From: an uncultured archaeon
GTDB taxonomy: Archaea; Asgardarchaeota; Heimdallarchaeia; Heimdallarchaeales; Heimdallarchaeaceae
Assembly (NCBI GenBank): GCA_964534625.1
Contig: CAZHRF010000027.1
Location: 1 to 43,234 of the forward strand
Length of the DNA: 43,234 nucleotides
Direction: 5' to 3'
Shown: piece by piece, positions 29,687 to 37,660 of the stretch
Numbering within the stretch: position 1 is the first letter of the stretch
Layout: each line of letters starts with the position of its first letter
Notes under the pieces: model-generated
Told to the model about the DNA's origin: nothing
Database searches by the model: none
The model's input: the letters and a program-made list of their open reading frames with translations, nothing else
Made by a program: the position numbers and the translations under genes

Positions 29687-29761
29687 TGGTAGCCCCAAGG
29701 AGACTCGAACTCCTGTCAACGGGATCAGAACCCGTCATGATTGCCGCTACACTATGGGGCT
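29687..29761 (-). tRNA. tRNA-Gln(CUG), CCA encoded, no intron
   Basis: Cloverleaf: acceptor AGCCCCA/TGGGGCT, anticodon arm ACGGG-TTCTGAT-CCCGT, T arm AGGAG-TTCGAGT-CTCCT; A1-U72 is typical of archaeal tRNA-Gln. Confidence 0.97.
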
Positions 29762-29864
29762 AGGTTTCAAAAATGAGGTTATTTGAAAACTAAAGGGACA
29801 TAATAATATTACCTTTTTAATTTTTCTTTAGGTACTAGCTTTAGAAGAAAGTAATAAGAAAAAT

Positions 29865-30203
29865 TTATGATTTTAATAAATTGGTAAAAACAGTATTTTG
29901 GTCATTTGTTGATACACTGGAGATGGTGGGGGGACGTTCATGAATATTTATTTGAGTGAAAAGAGATTCAAGGGAAATATTAGGATTATTAATAAGAATT
30001 TGTCGGGCATGTTCATGAACAATTAAACCATGATGCATAACACGATGATAAAAAATATTATTTTCAACAAAGGAAACAATAATCTCAGTGATATCTAAAC
30101 AATCCTCACTACAATGTTGAAAGTGTTGCCGAAGTTGTTCAACTGTTTGACCAGGTTCGTTAATGAGATGAAGTAAGATGTTTTTGGCCAGTTCTGTCTT
30201 CAT
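29865..30203 (-). CDS. Hypothetical protein (possible helical/HTH-like N-terminus)
   Basis: 112-aa ORF filling the gap between the two tRNAs; no recognised motif. Confidence 0.55.
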   Translation of the reverse strand: MKTELAKNILLHLINEPGQTVEQLRQHFQHCSEDCLDITEIIVSFVENNIFYHRVMHHGLIVHEHARQILINNPNISLESLFTQINIHERPPTISSVSTNDQNTVFTNLLKS

Positions 30204-30473
30204 AGTAATGTACCAACTCCAGAAAATAGATTAAAACACTTTTAAATATTTTCCTTGAAGTCTTAATTCAATTCAATTCAATTCAATAAAAATGAAGTTT
30301 TTGATGTTTAACAAGAATTATAATTATGCGGGATAAATATGTTCGATAACATTTGCACTAAAATTTGATACCCTTTAATCAAAAAAAAAGGGCTATTCTC
30401 TAATCAAAAACAGCCTATTTGATTGATCTCTTTTGCTTCTTGGAAAAATGATAATATTTAGAAGATAGAAAGA

Positions 30474-30549
30474 TGGTAGTCCCCAGGAGATTTGAACTCC
30501 TGTCGATGGGGTCAAAGCCCATTATGATTGACCGCTACACTAGGGGACT
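30474..30549 (-). tRNA. tRNA-Gln(UUG), CCA encoded, no intron
   Basis: Acceptor AGTCCCC/GGGGACT, anticodon arm ATGGG-CTTTGAC-CCCAT, T arm AGGAG-TTCAAAT-CTCCT. Confidence 0.97.
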
Positions 30550-30695
30550 ATTTATATGACCATTACCCTTCTGTAATTAGGATAAGGCTTGGTTCTTTTC
30601 TGTTTTAAATCTTTTATAGCCTCAGTTTTAAGTGTTTCTTTCTGTTCCTTTTTCCGTCTCTCTATCTTTATATACGTACTATACTTGATTTTTAG

Positions 30696-31892
30696 TTAAT
30701 CTAATAACTGATGTGGCGCTTTCGTAAGTTGTTTTACTTCTTTACTGTTTATAGCATATGTATTTTCTGATCCTATAGTCATTGTTTCACCAAATATTAA
30801 TTTTGGTTCTACAGCTAAAACATTGCCTTTTTGAAGATTGTAATCAAATCGCTTTGTTATAACTGGAAGGTCATTTAATTCTAATCCAACTCCATGAGCA
30901 AGAAATGGTATCTCGCCACCGCCCATAAGTTGTTTTTCAACTTCCAGCTCTTCCGCTTTTTGATATGTCTCGGTATAAACTTCTCTAGTGTTTTTTCCTC
31001 CCTTAAACAAGCTTACCATGAATTTTTCAAGTTCATATTGTTTTCTATATCTTTCTTTTATTTCTTCTGTAGGTTTACCTATAACATAGCATCTTGTTTC
31101 GTCTGCTATGTACCCTTTATATGTACAAGATAAATCAATCAGTATTAACTCTCCCCTCTTGATTTTTTTTGTGCTTGAGCCAAATGGGAACGATTGGTGT
31201 AACCCTTTTCCTGAATTTGCAGTAAGAGTAAAACTTCTCATACCGGTATTTGTACCAGACAAAACCAACCCATTTCCTCCCCCTTCAGTGTAGAAATCTC
31301 TAGTTCGTACTGAAGCTTCCGCTCTTCTTTTTCTCATTTCTGAATATATGATCCCACTTGCTTCAATTTCTGTCATCCCTTCTTTTATAAGTTCTGGCAC
31401 TCTCTTATGTACTTCATCAAGTATTTCTGACGCTTGTTTTATAGCTCTTATCTCTTTTTCACTCTTAATAGACCTGATAAGCCTTAATAGATACCCAATT
31501 GAGATTGGTTCCTTTTGTGAAAATATTTTTGCGAATTTTTGGTACATATCAAAAGGCAAAACATCTCCTTCCAGACCAAATTTTCCTCCATTCACTCTAA
31601 ATCCCATATCGTTTAATTTGGAATAAATTTCTTTACTCCTTGTTATGGGGATAATCTGTTCTAATACTGTTTCCTCTTTCACTCTCTTAAGGTCTCTTCT
31701 TGCAAACAAAACCGGTTCATCATCTGATGGAATTACCAAAAAACAAGATTGTCCTGTACCTGAGTAGTAATATAAATCTGATTTATACATAATTAAGGAA
31801 AAGTCTATATCCTTTTTTTGCAATTCTTTTTGATGTTTGTGTATTCTATTATAAAAATCCTTTTTGTCGAATTGATCAGGTTCTAATATCAT
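30696..31892 (-). CDS. M24 family Xaa-Pro aminopeptidase
   Basis: Creatinase-like N-domain (DLYYYSG), RSIKSEKEI, D...YKGYIADETR, HGVGLE, AVEPK, SENT. Confidence 0.93.
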   Translation of the reverse strand: MILEPDQFDKKDFYNRIHKHQKELQKKDIDFSLIMYKSDLYYYSGTGQSCFLVIPSDDEPVLFARRDLKRVKEETVLEQIIPITRSKEIYSKLNDMGFRVNGGKFGLEGDVLPFDMYQKFAKIFSQKEPISIGYLLRLIRSIKSEKEIRAIKQASEILDEVHKRVPELIKEGMTEIEASGIIYSEMRKRRAEASVRTRDFYTEGGGNGLVLSGTNTGMRSFTLTANSGKGLHQSFPFGSSTKKIKRGELILIDLSCTYKGYIADETRCYVIGKPTEEIKERYRKQYELEKFMVSLFKGGKNTREVYTETYQKAEELEVEKQLMGGGEIPFLAHGVGLELNDLPVITKRFDYNLQKGNVLAVEPKLIFGETMTIGSENTYAINSKEVKQLTKAPHQLLD

Positions 31893-31966
31893 CAGATGGA
31901 ATTTATACTTTTATTATTAAAGCCTTCTTTTTCTAAGTATTTTTGAATATGAAAAGTTTTTTTATC

Positions 31967-32010
31967 TTACCTAGCCAGAAAAGCCACTCCTTTAGGGTGG
32001 GGTAGTTCAT
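31967..32010 (+). mobile_element. Minimal IS200/IS605 scar (left-end tip fused to right-end hairpin)
   Basis: acctagccagaa is identical to the left end at about 22566-22577 (minus strand). It is followed by aagccactcctttagggtggggtagttcat, a typical right-end hairpin and terminus. Confidence 0.7.
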
Positions 32011-32089
32011 AGTTTATAATTCAAATATATACGTTTCTTAAACACGCCTACCTTTTCATGGATAAAAATTGGCAGAAGAGAGAATAAGG

Positions 32090-32752
32090 TTAAACAACCT
32101 CTACCCATCTATTTTCATGTTCATACTTCGCGAATTTAACTCTCACAAGTTGATGGGTTTTTTCTTTTGTATCATGTCTGCGGGTTTCGACCATTATGTC
32201 AACTATGCTTTGTAGTGTTCTCTCTACTTTTTTTTCTATTACTCCAGAATCTATGACTAATAAAACACTTTGGTCTCTCTGTCTTATCCTAGCAGATAGA
32301 CTTTGTACAAAATTCAACACTTGCATAGGCTCATTATATAACATCAATAATGAAAATTTATCAAACACGATTCTTAGCTTACCCCGTCTTGATGAAATCT
32401 CATTGATTTTTACTGACAATGTTAATAAATCGTTAACATTATCGATCATTTCAACTCCTTTTAATGGTTCTTTAGACGGTGATCTAAATGAGAATACATC
32501 TAAAAATTGTATTTTCTTTTCTTCTTGATATTTTTTTACCATTTTTTCTCCGCAGACTTTTTCAAGTTGAATTAAGTATTCTTTGGGCGTTTGGGCAAGT
32601 AAAACGACAAGTATGCTCCCCTCCTTATCCAATCCGTCTTTAATAAATCTATGGGCAATTGTATCCTTTGCTGTACCTGATTCTCCAATAAGTAATATAA
32701 TCGAATTCTTAACTTCTTCCATTAAAATATCAATACTAGTTGAATAGGACAT
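32090..32752 (-). CDS. KaiC/RAD55-like RecA-superfamily ATPase with degenerate Walker motifs
   Basis: LLIGESGTAKD (Walker A variant), FLDVFS, RIVFDKFS (Walker B), LQSIVD. Confidence 0.8.
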   Translation of the reverse strand: MSYSTSIDILMEEVKNSIILLIGESGTAKDTIAHRFIKDGLDKEGSILVVLLAQTPKEYLIQLEKVCGEKMVKKYQEEKKIQFLDVFSFRSPSKEPLKGVEMIDNVNDLLTLSVKINEISSRRGKLRIVFDKFSLLMLYNEPMQVLNFVQSLSARIRQRDQSVLLVIDSGVIEKKVERTLQSIVDIMVETRRHDTKEKTHQLVRVKFAKYEHENRWVEVV

Positions 32753-32767
32753 AGCTCTAACCTGTTA

Positions 32768-33514
32768 TTATGTGAATATTTGTTTCATTACCTCTCTACA
32801 AAAAGCTAAAGAGTCTTGAACGAAATTTGTAGTATCTACATTTTTAGATGCCAATCTTAATCTATGGCTTGTTAGAACGGGTTCCATGTCTATTTTATCT
32901 TTGTATTTTTCTTCCAGTTGCATATATGCTGTACTTTTATAGAATTCTCTTTCGCCTTGATAATACAGATATCCACATGCACACCCTAAAACTGCTTCAA
33001 CAATAAGATAAATGGCTTGATACGCATCCTCAGGTGGAAAAACCATAATGTCTTTCATATGTTCATATGATTCGCGAGCCATAATTTTTCCTCCTTCTTT
33101 TAATTGTTCATCACTAACGTTAATATCTAAGAAAGGATTTTCGCCAATTAAGGCTTTACCTTGTTGGGCTCTAATAATTTTTGTTCCAGGATATGCATTA
33201 TTTCCATTGGATGGAATAAAATCTTCTTCTAAAATCTCTACATCAATCAATGACGCATAGACGGGTTCCTCAAAATATTTGTTTATTATATCTCCAATTT
33301 TGCCTAAAGTTTCTTCCAATTTTTCTCCTATTGTAGCACTTTTATTTAAAACTAAAAGAAAATCACAATCAGATTCACCTGGCAAATGATCATTAGTCAC
33401 CACACTACCAATGAGGAGTAAACATTTTGTTTCGTCACTTAGTTGAGTTTTAACATCTTTAGTGAATTCTTTTATAAGGTCATCATACTCGTCCTTTACA
33501 AACATTTTAATCAC
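32768..33514 (-). CDS. Pol-beta superfamily nucleotidyltransferase with C-terminal helical (HEPN-like) domain
   Basis: LIGS..........SDCDF motif plus a third acidic residue (IDVE); helical C-terminus. Confidence 0.75.
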   Translation of the reverse strand: MIKMFVKDEYDDLIKEFTKDVKTQLSDETKCLLLIGSVVTNDHLPGESDCDFLLVLNKSATIGEKLEETLGKIGDIINKYFEEPVYASLIDVEILEEDFIPSNGNNAYPGTKIIRAQQGKALIGENPFLDINVSDEQLKEGGKIMARESYEHMKDIMVFPPEDAYQAIYLIVEAVLGCACGYLYYQGEREFYKSTAYMQLEEKYKDKIDMEPVLTSHRLRLASKNVDTTNFVQDSLAFCREVMKQIFT

Positions 33515-33601
33515 TTTGTACTTTTTGTAATTTACTTATCTTAAAGTATTCTTATTGCTAGGTATTTATCGTACCTATTAATACTTTTTTCTTATCACGG
33601 A

Positions 33602-33855
33602 GTTTCAATCAAATCCATGAGTCCTAGAGTCACTAGTCCAATGAATCCTCTTACCAGCGTTAAGATCTTATTATTTAGCCTTGCCCGTATCACCTGTGCT
33701 CCTATCGCTAAAGGGCCATTATGTCTTTTCGTTCCCCGAGTCTTCTCTTATACTCCTTGGCTACAAGTACATCGTGTTCCTCTTCTTCACGTTGTCAGTT
33801 GGGTGAAGTGCTACATTTTTAGGAAAGTTCCTAAATCTTCCTAAAAAAAATTCAT
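33602..33855 (+). mobile_element. Dispersed non-coding repeat, short copy C
   Basis: Reverse-complement colinear with 20585-20832; ends in tcctaaaaaaaattcat. Confidence 0.85.
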
Positions 33856-33909
33856 GCTAATAAATAACATTATTATATTAGGGGTCTAAAGATAACTATA
33901 GATGAAGTC

Positions 33910-36846
33910 ATGCAAAAGATTGAAGGTGAGTTTATGAGTAGTAATAAAGTCATAGAACATGACAAAGAAGACGTTAAATGGTATTCCCTAACAGTAGATG
34001 AAACTGTTGCAAAACTAAATGTAGACAAGAATTTTGGTCTAAAAAATGATGAAGCAGCTAGACGATTGCAAGAAGAAGGATTCAACATCATTCCTAAAGT
34101 GAAAGGAAGTATATGGGAAATATATCTCTCTCCTCTTTTTAATTGGTTGATAAATATTTATCTAATAATATCTGGTATCCTTATCATCACGTCTATTTGG
34201 ATTCCTACAGTATGGGGACAAGTTTCTTTTTATTTGATTATTGTTGCATTTAATATGGGTTTTACTATTTTCCAACAAATACGGGCTCAATTTAAGCTCG
34301 ATGCTTTACATAAACTCTCAGCTCCCACTTCAACAGTTATTCGTGATGGTGTTCCGATGGAATTAAAAGCATCAGAACTTGTACCTGGTGATATAATAGA
34401 ACTAGAAGAAGGAGATCGAATACCCGCTGACGCAAGGATTGTTTATGCTAGTAATTTGTTAGTGAATGAGTCAGCATTAACAGGTGAATCTGTGGCTGTA
34501 GATAAAACTACTGAACCAAGAAAAGCTTTACCTAAAAAAACTTCCATCTCAGAAAGGAACAATATGGTATTTACAGGTACATATGTCGAATATGGGAGAG
34601 TTACAGCAGTAGTGGTAGAAACAGGAAAAGGTACAGAATTAGGGAAATTATCTACCGAATTAGAAAAAATAGGAACCAATGAGATACCGCTCACAAATAA
34701 AGTTAATAAGCTGGCCAAATGGCTGGGACTTACAGTACTTGGATATATTGTTATTTCTTTTACATATATATTGATTCTCCACGCTCTAAGAAATGATTGG
34801 GAAATTGAGAGCGTGATGAAAAATTTAGTAAATTCACTCACCACAAGTATGGCAATTATGCCCATATCTATTCCTTTACTTACTACTCTCATTCTCCTTA
34901 CCGGAGTCTTAACGATGGCTAAAAATAGAGTAATTGTAAGAAATATATCTGGCGTAGAGACACTAGGACGATGTTCTGTTCTCTGCTCTGATAAAACAGG
35001 CACTATTACTTCCAATAAAATGACAATAAAGCGTATTTGGGACACAGAGCAATTATATGGGGTTTCTGGAACAGGTTTTGCTAAAGATGGAGTTATCTAT
35101 CCAATGGATGCAGGAAATGGGGTTGATCTATCATCTGAAAGACAATACCTTTTACCTAATGGCATACAAGCGTATTATAAGGGGGGTAATCTACAATATT
35201 TGCTTATAGGTGGTATGCTTAACAACAATGCTCATCTGATTATAGAAGACGTTTTTCAACCTCATCAACAAACATCATGGAAAACAACTGGTGATCCAAC
35301 AGATGGGGCGTTTCTGGCTCTGTTTAACAAATCTGCGCTTAATGAAAAAGAGATTAAAAAAAGGTTTGGCTATGTAAAAGAGTATACATTTGATTCAGAA
35401 CTGAAACGTATGAGTAAAATATATCAAAATGACGAAGGATATATACTATTTTGTAAAGGAGCGACTGAAACAGTTTTACCATTGTGTACACGAATGGGTG
35501 GGCGTAAAGATCATTTTCCTCTTACCGAAGAGAAAAAAGAGCGCATAATGAACCATGTGAACCACTATGCCTCAGAAGGATATAGGGTTATTAGTCTAGC
35601 TATGAGACCATTTGAACAAGATCCGTTGATTTATGAGGATAGAAAGGAACTTGAACAAGATTTAATATATAATGGCTTTGTATGCATGTTGGATCCCCCT
35701 AGGTACAAAGTTGATGAAGCAGTAGATGAGTGCCATAGAGCAGGTATATTACCAATAATGATAACAGGCGATTCACTTGAAACAGCTAAAGCTATAGCTC
35801 AATCTGTTAACATATTGAAAAAAGGGGGGAAAGTAGTTAGTGGGGACAAGATACCAGAAATGAACGAAAAGGAGTTCTTTGAAGTCAGGGTCTTTGCACG
35901 TGTTTCTCCGCAACATAAACAAGAGATAGTAAATAAATACAAAGAAAAAAATAAAATTGTAGCAATGACAGGGGATGGGGTAAATGACGCATTAGCTTTA
36001 ACAAATGCCGATGTGGGAATAGCTATGGGAATAGAAGGAACCGATGTGGCAAAACAAGCATCAGATGTGGTGATAGCTGATGATAGTTTTACGAGTACGG
36101 TTTTAGGTATAAGAGAAGGAAGGGGGTTGTTTGAAAAAATACGCATAATGATCTTCTTTTATATTGCAGTAAATATCGCAGAAGCGTTGGTATATTTTCC
36201 TGCGTCATTTTTAGTCTTCAGTTTAGAAAACTTTCAATTTGTTAATGATTTCCAAAGAGTGATAATATTTTCAACAGCACATACCATACCTCCTTTCGCA
36301 TTGATATTTGATACTTTTTCGTCTGATATAATGAAATATCCGCCCAGAGATAATGAAGAAATATTTAATAAAAAATATGTGGGTGCATTAACTGTACTAG
36401 CAGTATCTTTAGCAATAGTCGCGGGGGGTATATATCTTTTAACATATTTTGGAATGATACCTTATTTGGGAAATGCTGAAGGAATATCAAATATACAAGA
36501 AATTTATCACCAGAGAGCCCAAACGATGTTTGTAATGGTAATTGTTTTTTCAGAAAGTTTATTGATTCTTGTTCTAAGAAGAATGAATAAATCTGTGGCC
36601 CAGTCTATAAAAGAAGATTGGAATTGGAAGATAATGACAATGGTTGTAATTGTGCCAATAGGCCATGTAATATTAATGTATCTGAAACCATTTCAAACTT
36701 TAGTGACAAATGTGAGTGGACTAGAAGTAGGGTATGCAACCTTTGGTCTACTGGATTGGTTAATAGTATTAATAACAATGGTTCTACCTCTGATCGCGTT
36801 AGAAATATATAAAAAAGCAGTAAGAGATAAAAATGCCTACTTCTAA
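33910..36846 (+). CDS. Cation-transporting P-type ATPase (type II, Ca2+-like)
   Basis: LTGES, CSDKTGT, GDPTD, KGA, DPPR, MITGD, ARVSP, TGDGVND. The real start may be ATG 33934, after GGTGAG. Confidence 0.96.
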   Translation: MQKIEGEFMSSNKVIEHDKEDVKWYSLTVDETVAKLNVDKNFGLKNDEAARRLQEEGFNIIPKVKGSIWEIYLSPLFNWLINIYLIISGILIITSIWIPTVWGQVSFYLIIVAFNMGFTIFQQIRAQFKLDALHKLSAPTSTVIRDGVPMELKASELVPGDIIELEEGDRIPADARIVYASNLLVNESALTGESVAVDKTTEPRKALPKKTSISERNNMVFTGTYVEYGRVTAVVVETGKGTELGKLSTELEKIGTNEIPLTNKVNKLAKWLGLTVLGYIVISFTYILILHALRNDWEIESVMKNLVNSLTTSMAIMPISIPLLTTLILLTGVLTMAKNRVIVRNISGVETLGRCSVLCSDKTGTITSNKMTIKRIWDTEQLYGVSGTGFAKDGVIYPMDAGNGVDLSSERQYLLPNGIQAYYKGGNLQYLLIGGMLNNNAHLIIEDVFQPHQQTSWKTTGDPTDGAFLALFNKSALNEKEIKKRFGYVKEYTFDSELKRMSKIYQNDEGYILFCKGATETVLPLCTRMGGRKDHFPLTEEKKERIMNHVNHYASEGYRVISLAMRPFEQDPLIYEDRKELEQDLIYNGFVCMLDPPRYKVDEAVDECHRAGILPIMITGDSLETAKAIAQSVNILKKGGKVVSGDKIPEMNEKEFFEVRVFARVSPQHKQEIVNKYKEKNKIVAMTGDGVNDALALTNADVGIAMGIEGTDVAKQASDVVIADDSFTSTVLGIREGRGLFEKIRIMIFFYIAVNIAEALVYFPASFLVFSLENFQFVNDFQRVIIFSTAHTIPPFALIFDTFSSDIMKYPPRDNEEIFNKKYVGALTVLAVSLAIVAGGIYLLTYFGMIPYLGNAEGISNIQEIYHQRAQTMFVMVIVFSESLLILVLRRMNKSVAQSIKEDWNWKIMTMVVIVPIGHVILMYLKPFQTLVTNVSGLEVGYATFGLLDWLIVLITMVLPLIALEIYKKAVRDKNAYF

Positions 36847-36976
36847 TACTCGAAAGAAAGAAAGTATTCTTCGCGTGTTGTCGAAGTAGAATATCTCTTT
36901 CAAATTAAAGGGTTTAACATCCTCCCTTGTTTAAATAAAGGATTTAGTTAACTATTTATAAAGGAATTAGGAATGT

Positions 36977-37660
36977 TTATAGTTCTTTGGGTTTGATTTT
37001 TGGCAAGTCTATCTCTCTATCTGCATAATTTGATGCCATAGGATCATGGGATGCTAGGACTAATGTTGTATTATAGTGTTCACACATATCTGAAAGTATC
37101 TTATACACAGTTTCTGCTGTATCAACATCTAGGTTTCCTGTTGGTTCGTCTGCCAAAATAATTGGGGGGTTATTCCCCAAAGCAACAGCAATAGCTACAC
37201 GTTGTTGTTCACCTCCACTTAAATAACTTGGTTTTTGATCCAGATACCGCTCAATTTTAAGGTATTCAACAAGTTCCTGTGTTCGTTTTTTGATATGGCT
37301 GGAAGTTTGATTAGCTAAAACCATGGGAAATTCTATATTTTCCTCTACTGTAAGATAGGGGGCTAAATTGTAGGATTGATAGATTAATCCTACTGTTTTA
37401 CATCTGTGATTTGCCAATTGATCATCGTTGAATTCGACAATATTTCTATTTTCGATGATGATTTTTCCTGCAGTAGGTTTGATCAATCCGCCTAAACAAT
37501 GAAGTAACGTTGACTTACCTACACCTGACTTTCCTCGTATAACTACTTTTTCTCCTTTTGAAATGGACATAGTGATGCCAGGAAGAGCAACAGTTTCAAC
37601 TTTGCCTTTGTAAACGTGTAATAGACCGATTATTTGGATTATTTTTTCATTTTTATTCAT
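36977..37660 (-). CDS. ABC transporter ATP-binding protein (LolD/MacB-like)
   Basis: [35 protein letters not shown]. Confidence 0.95.
   Translation of the reverse strand: MNKNEKIIQIIGLLHVYKGKVETVALPGITMSISKGEKVVIRGKSGVGKSTLLHCLGGLIKPTAGKIIIENRNIVEFNDDQLANHRCKTVGLIYQSYNLAPYLTVEENIEFPMVLANQTSSHIKKRTQELVEYLKIERYLDQKPSYLSGGEQQRVAIAVALGNNPPIILADEPTGNLDVDTAETVYKILSDMCEHYNTTLVLASHDPMASNYADREIDLPKIKPKEL

Noticed and set aside
33602-33610. GTTTCAATC / ATTGAAA motif as a CRISPR repeat
   Set aside because: Only single short occurrences; no repeat-spacer array or cas genes in the window.
34443-35045. 200-aa antisense ORF and other short antisense ORFs over nucS, alba, the M24 peptidase and the ABC genes
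   Set aside because: They largely or fully overlap well-supported genes on the opposite strand and have no recognisable motifs.
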